A stretch of 64,000 nt of DNA from Fimbriimonadales bacterium (GTDB taxonomy: Bacteria; Armatimonadota; Fimbriimonadia; Fimbriimonadales; Fimbriimonadaceae): positions 30,260 to 94,259 of the forward strand of contig JBBQZV010000012.1 of the NCBI GenBank assembly GCA_038207365.1. Direction: 5' to 3'. A program made the translations under genes and the position numbers. The notes beneath the pieces are model-generated. The model made no database searches. It had not been told where the DNA came from and saw only the letters and a list, made by a program, of their open reading frames with translations. Position 1 is the first letter of the stretch. Every line of letters starts with the position of its first letter. Positions 49,728 to 60,485 of this stretch are shown here, piece by piece.

Positions 49728-49805
49728 CTCACTAATCTACTCAGTTTCAGCTCCTTACTTTACTGAGAAAGGAACTTCTATCAATGCTTAAATTCTGCGC
49801 ATGGG

Positions 49806-50528
49806 ATGATCGGCAAGATCGGGCCAGATAAAACCTTGCAAAGGTATCGTGACGATATGGCCACGAGCTCTCTCATTCTGGAAATCGGGTGCAAACTTCT
49901 CTTCATTGGCGATTCAATAACGGACGCAGGCAGAGCCCAGCCGGTCGGAGAGGGACTCTTTGGGGCTCATGGAACCGGATATGTCAACACAGTTGCCGGA
50001 TTACTTGGCTCGATTTACGGCGCCAGACGAATACGTGTAGTGAACCAGGGATGCAGCGGAAACACTATCGTAGACCTCAAGGCTCGTTGGCATCGCGATG
50101 TGACCAGCCTAAATCCTGACTGGCTTTGTTTGATGATTGGCATCAACGATGTGTGGCGTCAATTTGATTTGCCTCACCAAACCGAACAGCATGTGAGCTT
50201 GGCGGAATACGAATCGACTCTGGAAGAGCTAGTTTCGTTGACCAAACCCAGCTTGAAAGGCCTAGTGCTCATGACTCCTTATTACATTGAGCCCCTCAAG
50301 GATGACGCGATGCGGCGGCGAATGGATGAATACGGTGCAGCGGTCTTTCGAGTGGCGCAAAAGCACAATGCGATATTCGTTGACACTCAAAAAGCAATGG
50401 ACCGTGCGCTTGAAAACTGGTATCCAGCTGCACTCGCATGGGATAGGGTTCATCCCAATCAAGTGGGAACGACGGTTCTGGCTAAAGCCTTTTTGGATGC
50501 AATTGGATTTGATTGGAATGGAAATTAG
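49806..50528 (+). CDS. SGNH/GDSL hydrolase family protein
   Basis: Motifs LLFIGDSITDAG, MIGINDVW and DRVHPN (catalytic D-x-x-H). Confidence 0.7.
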   Translation: MIGKIGPDKTLQRYRDDMATSSLILEIGCKLLFIGDSITDAGRAQPVGEGLFGAHGTGYVNTVAGLLGSIYGARRIRVVNQGCSGNTIVDLKARWHRDVTSLNPDWLCLMIGINDVWRQFDLPHQTEQHVSLAEYESTLEELVSLTKPSLKGLVLMTPYYIEPLKDDAMRRRMDEYGAAVFRVAQKHNAIFVDTQKAMDRALENWYPAALAWDRVHPNQVGTTVLAKAFLDAIGFDWNGN

Positions 50529-50557
50529 TTAGGTCGACGGTCAGAAGAATTTCCCAA

Positions 50558-53485
50558 ATGAAGCCGATAACCATTTACTTATTTGGTGCGTTTGAAGTCT
50601 TCGTTGAAGGAACGCCACTGAGAAAGTTGCGTACACAGCGCGGTCAAACCGTGCTTGCGTTGCTGGCATTACGCCTAGGCAAACCTGTGGATAGGACCAA
50701 CCTCGCCACGACGATCTGGCCAGATAGTGAATTGGCAGACGCCCTTTACAGCTTGCGCCGGACACTAAGCGATATTAGGGCAGCCCTTGGGACGTCTGCC
50801 GCTGCCCTGGTGTCTCCATCAACATCTTCGATCCAACTCGATCCCGGCTTGGTCTGGGTCGATGTTGGCGAATTTGAAATGCATGTTGCCTCATCTAATG
50901 TTGAGGGTCTCTCCAGGGCCGTGACGTTATATCGCGGTCCACTATTAAATGAATGGCGTCACGAATGGATCGCTCTTGAGCGAAGCCAGCGAGAGCGATC
51001 TCTTCTCGAAACTTTGAACCGAAAGGCTACGTCCTTCGAAAATCTAGAAGACTTCAGTGCGGCAGAAGAGCTTTTACGGTTGATGGCGACCTTGGACCCG
51101 CACAGTGAGTTCATTTTTCGGCGATTGGTAAACATCCTCGTAAAGCGAGGAAATACGGCTGGGGTCCAACGAGCGTACGACGAGTTCCGCAAACGCTTGA
51201 AACAGGATCTCGATATCTTGCCGAATCAACAGACCCAAGATATGCTGCGAGAAGTTCTAGCTACTTCTGCGCGCCAAGTTGAGAGCAGCCGGTTCGTAGG
51301 AGGCAACCTCCCAGTCTCCCGCACGCCGCTCATCGGTCGACGTGTTGAATTTGACCGAATCATTCAAGCACTGTCGGATAGCCGTTTAGTAACACTAGTG
51401 GGTCCCGGAGGCGTCGGGAAGACACGGCTTGGACTTGAAGTAATCCGAGAAATCTCAAACGGAACCGGACCTCGTGCGTTGGCTGTGGACCTTCTAGCGG
51501 TAAGAGAACCTGAACAGCTTTACGAGGCCCTTGCTTCTTCAGTCAAATCCATTGATCCAGATTCAAACTCAAGTCCGGCGTTAATAGCACAAAGGATTGG
51601 TATCCAAGAGGGCATTCTCCTGCTGGACAATTGCGAACACCTTTTAGATCCCGTAAAGCAAATTGTAGAAGACATCCTGGAGAATTGCCCCAATATTCGA
51701 ATGCTGTGCACGAGCCAAGCCTCCATTGGGGTGTCCGGTGAGGTCGTTGTCAGAATTCAGCCAATGAGCGTCCCCATTTTTTCGGACATTTCATTCTCCG
51801 AGGCACTTGAGAACGATGCAATCAACCTTCTTTCGAAGTGCATTGCACGCGCTAAAGGTGGTTTTGAACTTACGGAGAAGAACTATCGCTCGGTATGTCG
51901 GATCTGCGGAACTTTGGAAGGACTTCCTCTGGCACTTGAACTTGCCGCGACACGAACGCGACTCATAAGCCTCGATCAGGTAGCCGACCTTCTGGAAGAC
52001 CGCTTTCGGCTACTCAAAACGAGTGATCGAGGGATCGAAGAACGACATCGGACGCTTCTCGCAACTATGGATTGGAGCTATAGCTTATTGAGCGAGATGG
52101 AGCGCGAACTCCTGCAAACTGTGTCGATTTTTGCGGGACCGTGGACTTCGGAATCCGCCACGAAAATCCATCACAAGCTAGACGCCTATACGGTCATTGA
52201 TATCTTAGAGCGCCTGGTTGATCGAAGCCTAATACTCACTGACCCATCCGAAGACCTCCCCCGATTCCGCCTACTCGATTCAGTTCGACAGTATGCCCTT
52301 GAAAAACTGACCGAACACGGCCTATATGAGCAAACGAGAACGGCTCATCTCATTTGGTTTTCCGACCTCTGCCGTTTGGGTGAGAAAGGCTTTGTCGGGA
52401 AGGATCAAAAATTTTGGATGGATCGGATAACGGCAGAGTACGAAAACGTTCCTGCCGCAATTGCCTGGGCAAAAGGATCAGCGGACCGACTCCCTTATGC
52501 TTTGAAAATGGCTTCGAGTTTGATGCGCTACTGGTGGACTCGCGGTGAACTGACGGTTGGGCGAGAGACCGTCAATAAGTTGCTCGAATGTGCAGAGAAG
52601 CTAAAGGACACCCCGGCTTACGCAAGAGGACTATACGCTGCTGGCACACTTGCCTGGAGTCAGGGCGACAACTCGGAGGCTGAGGAGCTCCAGCTTCAAG
52701 CGCTGAAGACCTTCGAAGCTTACGGAGAAGTGGAGAATGCCGCTTCATGCTTGCGAAATTTGTCCCAGGCGGTTCGGAATCAAGGTCGGTTGGAAGAGGC
52801 TTTAAATTATGGACAGAGAGCACTTGAGGGATTTCGTAGCGCAGACAACGAGATTCTCGCTGCACTGACGCTAACTGACCTCGGAATTGCTGCTTCTGAC
52901 CTACTTCTCTTTGAGCAAGGCTGCTCCTATTTTCAGCAAGCCATCGACTTCAGTTGCAAACACGAAATTCCGTCGCTGGAGGCGGTAGCACTTCTCAACT
53001 ATGGGGTTATCCGGCAGGGGCTTGGTCAATTGGCAGAGGCACAGCTCGCCCTTGAACGTACATTAACCATCTTGGACAGAATTGGCGGTCGCATCATGAC
53101 GACGATGACGAGGAACACTTTGGCAAGCGTATACGCAGAGCTAGGAGATATTAGGCATGCCCAAGCTCTGGTTGCGGACAGTTTGGAGACTTTCAGCGAA
53201 CTGGGTGAAAGGAAAGGCATTTGTTTGACCCTCGAAACTGTCGCCACAGTTGCCCTTTGGGCTCAAGCGTTCGAAATCGGAGCAACTCTACTTGGCACCG
53301 CAGATCAGATGCGTGCTGACCTCAACATTCCTCACAGCCCAGCTGAAATGCCCGAGCACCTCAGAATGATTCAGATGGGCGAGTCAAGAATGGGACTAGA
53401 CCTTTTTAGAAGTACCTACGACGCGGGAAGAGCCGCCTCTCATTTAGAGCAGGTGCAGCTTGCCAACCGTTGGTTGAAGCCCTAG
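50558..53485 (+). CDS. AfsR/SARP-type regulator: winged-helix OmpR-like DNA-binding + BTAD + NB-ARC ATPase + TPR repeats
   Basis: N-terminal IYLFGAFEV...LALLAL (SARP wHTH), a BTAD, Walker A LVGPGGVGKTRL, and C-terminal TPR-like repeats. The start was trimmed to MKPITIYLFG. Confidence 0.7.
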   Translation: MKPITIYLFGAFEVFVEGTPLRKLRTQRGQTVLALLALRLGKPVDRTNLATTIWPDSELADALYSLRRTLSDIRAALGTSAAALVSPSTSSIQLDPGLVWVDVGEFEMHVASSNVEGLSRAVTLYRGPLLNEWRHEWIALERSQRERSLLETLNRKATSFENLEDFSAAEELLRLMATLDPHSEFIFRRLVNILVKRGNTAGVQRAYDEFRKRLKQDLDILPNQQTQDMLREVLATSARQVESSRFVGGNLPVSRTPLIGRRVEFDRIIQALSDSRLVTLVGPGGVGKTRLGLEVIREISNGTGPRALAVDLLAVREPEQLYEALASSVKSIDPDSNSSPALIAQRIGIQEGILLLDNCEHLLDPVKQIVEDILENCPNIRMLCTSQASIGVSGEVVVRIQPMSVPIFSDISFSEALENDAINLLSKCIARAKGGFELTEKNYRSVCRICGTLEGLPLALELAATRTRLISLDQVADLLEDRFRLLKTSDRGIEERHRTLLATMDWSYSLLSEMERELLQTVSIFAGPWTSESATKIHHKLDAYTVIDILERLVDRSLILTDPSEDLPRFRLLDSVRQYALEKLTEHGLYEQTRTAHLIWFSDLCRLGEKGFVGKDQKFWMDRITAEYENVPAAIAWAKGSADRLPYALKMASSLMRYWWTRGELTVGRETVNKLLECAEKLKDTPAYARGLYAAGTLAWSQGDNSEAEELQLQALKTFEAYGEVENAASCLRNLSQAVRNQGRLEEALNYGQRALEGFRSADNEILAALTLTDLGIAASDLLLFEQGCSYFQQAIDFSCKHEIPSLEAVALLNYGVIRQGLGQLAEAQLALERTLTILDRIGGRIMTTMTRNTLASVYAELGDIRHAQALVADSLETFSELGERKGICLTLETVATVALWAQAFEIGATLLGTADQMRADLNIPHSPAEMPEHLRMIQMGESRMGLDLFRSTYDAGRAASHLEQVQLANRWLKP

Positions 53486-53552
53486 GAAGCTCCTATCGAA
53501 ATTCGCCGTCAAAACTTGCAAACGACAGTCTCCAAAAGAAGACTTCAGGTTA

Positions 53553-56500
53553 GTGATCTCGCTCAGAATAGTGTACATGCCTATTCGAAGATCATTGGCG
53601 AGCCTAAGCCTTGCTGTGCTCCTGCCCTTTCTTCCTGCATCACCTGGCACGTTTCAGACATCGAAGTCAAACACAAATTCCTGCCTGGCTTTCATCTCCA
53701 CTAACTTAGCAAAAGGCAATGGCGACTTTTTCGAATACTTCCGATTTAGTTCAAAAGAACTCGTTATTAAGGATGGGGATACGTTCGTCTACAGCATTTT
53801 CCTGGATCCCAGAAATCCTGTTGCGAAAGGCGGCGTAGACATTAACTTTCAAGACGATGGCCTTCCATTAAGGGATTTGGGGCTTGTCGACCAAGAGGGA
53901 ATTCAGGCGCACGGCAATGGCATTCTCCAATCCGCAGTTGGCAAATGGTACACGCGAAGGATCTCACTTGCAACTTCAATAGGGCGCAAGACCTCTGATT
54001 TCGAGTTTCAAGAAGAGGGTGATCCGGACGGCACCTATGTTCAGTTCGTCGCTGATGTTTACATTGAACATGCAGACGGCTCTAAAACTTGGATCTACCA
54101 AGACGGTCCGCCTACTGCAGGAGTCATTGCAAACGAGAACGGCTACAGTCACACTCCCACTTGCGTTCAAGTCGACAGAACCCAAGTTGAGACTGGAAAA
54201 GACCTCACTCCCGTAATCAGGGCCGCAGTCGAAAGAGGACAAGCTGCCACAAAGATCGCCGAGATTAAGAAGGATATCGATCTGGCAAAAAAGTATCTTG
54301 CCAAGAACCCAGATCCTAGTTTAGAGGGCCACGTCAAAGAGGCCGAAACCATGCTCACTCAGATCCAAACGGATTCAGCAACTCTCGAGCAGGTTGAAGC
54401 AGTTCTGCACTCGGCCAGGCATGCCCTGTCCCACACGCACCCGGTAATGGAAAAATACACGGGCCACCTTGTAGGACATGCACATATCGACCTTCAATGG
54501 CTGTGGGAATGGCAAGAAGGTATCGTCTTTACGCACGATACTTTCAATCAAGCCGTTAAATTCATGGATGAATTCCCCGGTTTTTCCTTTAGCCAGAGCA
54601 GTTCGTGTCTCTATCAGACAACAGAACAGAATTATCCGGATTTGTTTAAGAAAATACAAGAAAAGGTGCATAAAGGAACTTGGGAGATCGTTGGTGGACG
54701 CGTATGCGAGGGCGACACCAATATGATCAGTCTGGAATCGCACGCCCGTCAATTTCTGTACGGACAAAGGTATTTCCGTGAGAAATTCGGGAAGACGGCG
54801 GTCGTGGGATGGGAACCGGACACTTTCGGGCACACGGCTCAAATGCCTCAGATTTTGAAATTAGGAGGCTGCAAGTATTACTACTTCTGCCGCGGTGGAA
54901 AGAATAAGCCTCTGTTCTGGTGGTCAGCTTTGGATGGCACAAAAGTGCTTGCGTTTGACGAACCAGCTAACGGCTCGTGGTACAACAGCGACCTTTCCTA
55001 TCGCCAGTTCGAGGAAATGCTGAACTTCGACAAGAATGTAGGTAGTAAGGACGACCTTTGGGTCTACGGAGTCGGCAACCACGGCGGCGGACCTACAAGA
55101 GAGCAAATCGAAATGGCGCTCGGATGGATGAAAGATCCATCCAAACCGAAGGTGAAATTCTCGACGGCCACCCAATTCTTTAACAAGCTAGAAACCTATG
55201 ACTTAACGAAGATTCCAACCGTCAACACAGACCTAAACCCTGTGTTTGATGGGTGCTATACGTCTCATTCTGAAATCAAACAACTCAATCGAGATGCTGA
55301 AGCCCTAACCACCTCGGCTGAGGCGACGGCAACAGTCGCTTCACTCTATGGGTTCAAATACCCGAAAGAGAGCTTTCGCCGAGACTGGGAAGACATCTGC
55401 TTCAACCACCATCACGACACACTGCCAGGGAGTGGCATTCATGCCCCCTATCAACGAACCAAAGTTCAACTCAATCGCGTTTTATCGGATGCCCAAGACA
55501 TCATTACTCGCTCCCTAGAAACAATGGCGATAAGGGTGACACCCGTTCAAGGCGGCTTGAGCACGCTTGTATTCAATCCAACAGGTTGGAAGCGAGACGG
55601 CTGGGTCGAAACCTATTTGGTCAAGAGTGGCTGGGATCAAGGCCAAGACCTCGATCCAAACAATTGCGTTGCCGTCGGCCCAGACGGAAAACAATATCCA
55701 GTCGAGTTACTAGATGGACCGAGTCGGAGAGCTCGATTCTGGGCAGGTGATGTTCCTCCGTTCGGATACAAGGTTTTTCACCTTACGAATGGCAAACCAT
55801 CAGAGTCGAACCTAAAGGTATCTAGAGACGGTCTCTCGATCGAAACAAACAGACTTTCGATTGAATTCGATGGCACGAATGGCAATGTCAAATCGGTCAT
55901 CGATAAGAAAACCGGGAAGCAGTTTGCTGGCAAGAATGGATTGGGGTCTTTGGAGGCCCACATGGAACGGGCAGGCGGGATGAGTGCATGGGTCCTCGGC
56001 CATATCGACCGAGTCGACAAGGTTAAGCTGGTCTCAACCGAGACATCTCATGACCAAACATCGGCCACGGTAACTTTCCATTACTTGCTCCCGAGCAACA
56101 ACTCCGTTGGAAAAGTGACGCCAATAACCCAAAAATTCCAGATCGATTCAAACAGCTCAGAAATTGTCGTTGACGTAGATTGCGACTGGCAGGCAATTGG
56201 TATCGAACCTGGCCTGAATCCGCTCTTGCGGGTAGCTTTCGACTCAGGGATCGTGAATCCGGTATCTACCTACGAAGTTCCATTCGGGTCAGTTACTCGT
56301 CCCAACGATGGACAGGAGTATCCGGCGCTCAAGTGGGCAGATTTGGGCGGAGACGGTCTTGGGCTTTCGATCCTTAATGACAGCAAACATGGCTACTCCG
56401 TCCAGGGTTCAACGATGAGACTTAGCCTGATTCGCTCTAGCTTCAGCCCGGATCCGGTCCCCAACCCTGGAAAACAGCATTGGAGATATGCGATCCTTCC

Positions 56501-56879
56501 CCATGCTGGAGATTGGAGACAAGCTCAAACAATCCATAAAGCAGCAGAATTCAACCAACCTCTTTTGGGGGCGACTGTTCCATTCGACGCCAAGGGCACG
56601 GCTCCGCTACAATACAGTCCGGTGTCGATTACGGATGCGAATGTGATTCCAACCTGCTTAAAGTTAGGGGAAGACTCTGGAGACTTAATCGTTCGCATGT
56701 ACGAATCGACCGGCAAGCCGTCAAAATCGGGATTGATATTCAACGTTCCCATTGCTGACGCAACGTGGGTGAATTTTTTAGAAGATAATCTGGCCAAGGC
56801 TGATCTTTCAAAGAGCGGCGTAAATGCCTCAATGCGAGGATTTGAAATCAAAACCGTTAAGGTTAAGCTTAGGAAGTAG
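53553..56879 (+). CDS. GH38 alpha-mannosidase with ~290-aa N-terminal extra domain (secreted)
   Basis: GH38 N-domain motifs HAHIDLQWLW and WEPDTFGH, a central and C-terminal beta-sandwich, and a signal peptide. Confidence 0.8.
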   Translation: MISLRIVYMPIRRSLASLSLAVLLPFLPASPGTFQTSKSNTNSCLAFISTNLAKGNGDFFEYFRFSSKELVIKDGDTFVYSIFLDPRNPVAKGGVDINFQDDGLPLRDLGLVDQEGIQAHGNGILQSAVGKWYTRRISLATSIGRKTSDFEFQEEGDPDGTYVQFVADVYIEHADGSKTWIYQDGPPTAGVIANENGYSHTPTCVQVDRTQVETGKDLTPVIRAAVERGQAATKIAEIKKDIDLAKKYLAKNPDPSLEGHVKEAETMLTQIQTDSATLEQVEAVLHSARHALSHTHPVMEKYTGHLVGHAHIDLQWLWEWQEGIVFTHDTFNQAVKFMDEFPGFSFSQSSSCLYQTTEQNYPDLFKKIQEKVHKGTWEIVGGRVCEGDTNMISLESHARQFLYGQRYFREKFGKTAVVGWEPDTFGHTAQMPQILKLGGCKYYYFCRGGKNKPLFWWSALDGTKVLAFDEPANGSWYNSDLSYRQFEEMLNFDKNVGSKDDLWVYGVGNHGGGPTREQIEMALGWMKDPSKPKVKFSTATQFFNKLETYDLTKIPTVNTDLNPVFDGCYTSHSEIKQLNRDAEALTTSAEATATVASLYGFKYPKESFRRDWEDICFNHHHDTLPGSGIHAPYQRTKVQLNRVLSDAQDIITRSLETMAIRVTPVQGGLSTLVFNPTGWKRDGWVETYLVKSGWDQGQDLDPNNCVAVGPDGKQYPVELLDGPSRRARFWAGDVPPFGYKVFHLTNGKPSESNLKVSRDGLSIETNRLSIEFDGTNGNVKSVIDKKTGKQFAGKNGLGSLEAHMERAGGMSAWVLGHIDRVDKVKLVSTETSHDQTSATVTFHYLLPSNNSVGKVTPITQKFQIDSNSSEIVVDVDCDWQAIGIEPGLNPLLRVAFDSGIVNPVSTYEVPFGSVTRPNDGQEYPALKWADLGGDGLGLSILNDSKHGYSVQGSTMRLSLIRSSFSPDPVPNPGKQHWRYAILPHAGDWRQAQTIHKAAEFNQPLLGATVPFDAKGTAPLQYSPVSITDANVIPTCLKLGEDSGDLIVRMYESTGKPSKSGLIFNVPIADATWVNFLEDNLAKADLSKSGVNASMRGFEIKTVKVKLRK

Positions 56880-56895
56880 GACACAGGAGGTATCG

Positions 56896-57933
56896 ATGAA
56901 GAACTTATATGGTGCAGCCATCGCAGGAGCTCTTGCTCTTGTCATGGTAGTTGGATGTGGATCGGGTGATGACAAGAAGACTGCAGAAGGCGACAATGCT
57001 CCAGCAGCAGGTGGAACTGACGCTGGAGCAAAGAAGAGTCTCACCATTGCCGTGATTCCAAAGGGCTCAACCCACGAATTTTGGAAATCTGTCAAAGCTG
57101 GCGCAGATGCGGCCGCGAAGGAGCTGAGCGTTACCGTTCAGTTCAAAGGGCCTCTCAAAGAGGATGACCGTGAGAGCCAAATCAAGACGGTCGAGGATTT
57201 CATTACGGCTAAAGTCGATGGAATCGTTTTGGCTCCTCTGGATAACCAAGCTCTTGTCGGCCCAACCCACGAAGCCGTTGGTCAAAACATTCCAGTGGTC
57301 ATTATTGACTCAGCCTTAAATAGCACGGAGACTTCGAGCTTTGTTGCCACGGATAACTATAAAGGTGGCACGATGGCGGGAGACCAAATGGTCAAGCTCC
57401 TGGGCGATAAGGGCAGCATTATCGTGCTGCGCTACCAGAAGGGCTCTGCTAGCACGGATGATCGCGAAAAGGGCTTCCTTGACGTTATGGCCAAGCACCC
57501 CGGAATCAAGGTACTTAGTTCAAACCAAGAAGCTGGTCCTACGGTCGACTCGGCCCAAAAGGCAAGCGAGAACCTACTCGGCGGATTCAAAAACGCTGAT
57601 GGTTCACTTCAGGCACAAGGCATCTACACACCCAACGAATCAAGCACGTTCGGCATGCTTCGTGTTCTCGAAGAGAATAAGTGGGCCGGCAAGGTCAAAT
57701 TCGTCGGATTTGACTCCGCTCCCAAGCTTCTAGAAGGCATGACCAAGGGCGAGATCGATGCTTTGGTCGTTCAAAATCCTTACAACATGGGCTACTTGAG
57801 CGTAAAGACAATGGTTGACGTCATCAACAAGAAAACTGTTGAAAAGCGAATCGATACCGGCGCACAATTGGTCACGAAGGACAATATGACCCAGCCAGAT
57901 ATCGCTAAGCTGATCAATCCTCCCAAGGAGTGA
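56896..57933 (+). CDS. ABC sugar transporter periplasmic substrate-binding lipoprotein (RbsB/LacI-type fold)
   Basis: AGGAGG RBS, lipobox LVMVVGCGSG, and Peripla_BP_4-like LTIAVIPKGSTHEFW...DGIVLAPLD. Confidence 0.8.
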   Translation: MKNLYGAAIAGALALVMVVGCGSGDDKKTAEGDNAPAAGGTDAGAKKSLTIAVIPKGSTHEFWKSVKAGADAAAKELSVTVQFKGPLKEDDRESQIKTVEDFITAKVDGIVLAPLDNQALVGPTHEAVGQNIPVVIIDSALNSTETSSFVATDNYKGGTMAGDQMVKLLGDKGSIIVLRYQKGSASTDDREKGFLDVMAKHPGIKVLSSNQEAGPTVDSAQKASENLLGGFKNADGSLQAQGIYTPNESSTFGMLRVLEENKWAGKVKFVGFDSAPKLLEGMTKGEIDALVVQNPYNMGYLSVKTMVDVINKKTVEKRIDTGAQLVTKDNMTQPDIAKLINPPKE

Positions 57934-57958
57934 TCCTCGCTAGAAAATCAATCGCCAA

Positions 57959-57994
57959 AACTCTGGAGCCAAGAATATTCTTGACTCCAGAGTT
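57959..57994. promoter_or_regulatory. 36-bp near-perfect palindrome (AACTCTGGAGCCAAGAAT|ATTCTTGACTCCAGAGTT) between the binding-protein and ATPase genes; an intercistronic attenuator or operator candidate
   Basis: Direct reading; there is one mismatch in 18 bp. It lies in the 127-bp gap between the SBP and ATPase genes. Confidence 0.4.
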
Positions 57995-58060
57995 GCTAAA
58001 ATGAGGTCGCCCAAACGACTGCCGCTTCATTAGCATTTGGATGGTCGACGGCTCTAAAAG

Positions 58061-59524
58061 ATGAGTTTTTTATCAATGAACGGTATCAGCAAGCGGTTCG
58101 GGGCAACCGCTGCTTTGGACAATGTCAACCTTTCGGTAGAAAAGGGCGAAGTTCACGCCTTGGTTGGAGAGAACGGGTCCGGTAAAAGCACTTTGATGCG
58201 TATTTTGTCAGGCGCTCTGACGCCCGACTCAGGCACGATGACTCTCGGAGGCAAACCCTACCAGCCTCGAAACACGATGCACGCTCGCGAATCGGGCATC
58301 GCCATGATTTATCAAGAATTGTCGCTATGTCCTGATTTGACCACTGCTGAAAATGTGATGCTCGGTATGGAGTTGACGACAATGGGCGTCATCGACAAAA
58401 AGACCACCCGGCAACGAACAGAGTCGGCGCTTGCACAATTGGGATTGCCCGAAATCGATGTCGACGTTCAGGTTAAGTTTCTTCCCATCGCTACCCGCCA
58501 GCTGATCGAAATCGCACGGGCCGTTGCTCTGGAATCCAGAGTAGTTGTATTGGATGAACCTACAAGTAGCCTTACTCAAGCAGACGTAGAGAAGCTATTT
58601 GAAGTGGTCAAAATCCTTCGGGAAAAGGGCACAGCTGTCATCTACATTTCGCATTTTCTCGATGAAATAAAACGCATCTGTGACCGGATGACCGTTCTTC
58701 GCGACGGTGTCTTTGTTGACGAGAAGCAGGTCAGTGAAGTGAATACCGACCAGATCGTTTCGATGATGGTGGGTAGGCGTATCGACACCATTTATCCACG
58801 TTCTCAGAGGACTGTCGGCGAGGTCCTGCTCGAAGTAAATAACCTGCACGGTCACAAGAAGCCGGAAAATGCGACGATGCAACTTCGTCGCGGAGAGGTC
58901 CTGGGCATTGCCGGGCTCAACGGCTCGGGCAGAACGGAGCTTCTGAGGTGCATCTTTGGCTTGGACAGCGTCAAAAGCGGAAAGATTAGAGTCGGCCATG
59001 TTCAAGGTGCTGCCAAACCCGCCGAACGGTGGAGAGAGGGCGTTGGCATGCTCAGCGAAGATCGAAAGCTGGAAGGGCTAGCAGTTGGGATGTCCATCGC
59101 CGACAACCTCACCATTACAAAGCTAACCCCAATCATTTCCAACGCAGTCCAGAATGAGAGTGCAAAGATATGGATTGATAAGATGTCGGTAAAGTGCCAA
59201 GGCCCCCAGCAGATCATTGGCGAACTGTCTGGCGGAAATCAGCAAAAGGTCGCGATCGCTCGACTTCTCTACCACGGCGTCGACGTTATGCTTTTCGACG
59301 AACCCACTCGAGGAATTGACGTCGGAAGTAAGGAGCAGATTTACACATTGATTGATCAACTTGCGCTTGAAGGCAAAGCCGTCCTGATGGTCAGCAGTTA
59401 CCTCCCCGAATTGCTTGGGGTTTGTGACAGAATTGCCGTGATGCACAAAGGGACGCTTGGAGTTGCCTGCCCCGTTCAAGATACGAGCGCCGAAGCGATT
59501 ATTCGCGAGGCTGCAGGCGCATGA
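58061..59524 (+). CDS. Sugar ABC transporter ATP-binding protein (duplicated ATPase, RbsA/MglA-like)
   Basis: Two Walker A motifs (GENGSGKST; GLNGSGRTEL) and two signature/Walker B regions (LSGGNQQKVAIARLL). Confidence 0.85.
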   Translation: MSFLSMNGISKRFGATAALDNVNLSVEKGEVHALVGENGSGKSTLMRILSGALTPDSGTMTLGGKPYQPRNTMHARESGIAMIYQELSLCPDLTTAENVMLGMELTTMGVIDKKTTRQRTESALAQLGLPEIDVDVQVKFLPIATRQLIEIARAVALESRVVVLDEPTSSLTQADVEKLFEVVKILREKGTAVIYISHFLDEIKRICDRMTVLRDGVFVDEKQVSEVNTDQIVSMMVGRRIDTIYPRSQRTVGEVLLEVNNLHGHKKPENATMQLRRGEVLGIAGLNGSGRTELLRCIFGLDSVKSGKIRVGHVQGAAKPAERWREGVGMLSEDRKLEGLAVGMSIADNLTITKLTPIISNAVQNESAKIWIDKMSVKCQGPQQIIGELSGGNQQKVAIARLLYHGVDVMLFDEPTRGIDVGSKEQIYTLIDQLALEGKAVLMVSSYLPELLGVCDRIAVMHKGTLGVACPVQDTSAEAIIREAAGA

Positions 59525-60483
59525 TCAAACAGCTTAAGACCTCTTCCCTGTTTAATCTGGCAGGGCTGTTCATCGCTTGGATACTCATATTCGCGCTGTT
59601 TTCCTGGAAGGCACCTCCCAATTTTCACTCATTAGACAACATTGAAACCATGGCGAGGCAAGGGACCATCGTGTCCATCGCCACTCTTGGGATGACCTGT
59701 ATCATCATCAGTGGAGGAATCGATCTCTCAGTAGGTTCAGTTGTCGCATTCGTCACGGTTGTCATTGCCGCTCTGCTTCAGGCCGGTCAATCTCCTTGGA
59801 TAGCACTTTTCGGCGGATTGCTTGCTGGAGGTGCCGCCGGGTTCTTCAATGGCTTCCTGATCACCAAACTTAAGGTTGTTCCTTTTATCGTCACTCTGGG
59901 AACCTTCCTCATTGTTCGCGGTGTGGGAAAGGGCATATCCCATGAACGAACGATCAATCCGCCGGCCAACTGGCTGAATGATTTGATTTCGCGACCAAGC
60001 AAAGCTGAGAGTTGGAAGATTTTTCCGATTGGAGTCTGGATGTTGCTCGTCCTGGCGGTCTTGGTCTCCCTCATGCTTAAGAGAACTCGGTTTGGGCGCC
60101 ATATTGTTGCTGTCGGCTCTAACGAACAAGCCGCTCGCCTTTGTGGAGTACCTGTTGAGCGAGTCAAGGTCATGGTTTACGTGTTGGCGGGTCTATTTTT
60201 TGGCCTGTCCGGCTTAATGCAGTTCTCTCGACTCACGCTTGGTGACCCTACTGTTGCGCAGGGGTTGGAACTCGATGTCATTGCCGCAGTGGTTATTGGT
60301 GGCGCAAGTCTAAGCGGTGGACAAGGCTCGATTCTCGGGTCTCTCCTTGGAGCTTGGATTATGATCACGATAAATTCGGGGTGCTCACAGATGGGTTGGG
60401 ATACCTGGGTGGAACAGATTGTCACCGGTGCAATCATTGTCCTCTCTGTCGCCATCGATCGAATGAGAGTCAGGAAGGACTAG
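59521..60483 (+). CDS. Sugar ABC transporter permease (RbsC/BPD_transp_2 family)
   Basis: About 9 TM helices with the conserved GGIDLSVGS region. Overlaps the ATPase gene end by 4 bp. Confidence 0.8.
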   Translation: MIKQLKTSSLFNLAGLFIAWILIFALFSWKAPPNFHSLDNIETMARQGTIVSIATLGMTCIIISGGIDLSVGSVVAFVTVVIAALLQAGQSPWIALFGGLLAGGAAGFFNGFLITKLKVVPFIVTLGTFLIVRGVGKGISHERTINPPANWLNDLISRPSKAESWKIFPIGVWMLLVLAVLVSLMLKRTRFGRHIVAVGSNEQAARLCGVPVERVKVMVYVLAGLFFGLSGLMQFSRLTLGDPTVAQGLELDVIAAVVIGGASLSGGQGSILGSLLGAWIMITINSGCSQMGWDTWVEQIVTGAIIVLSVAIDRMRVRKD

Positions 60484-60485
60484 GC

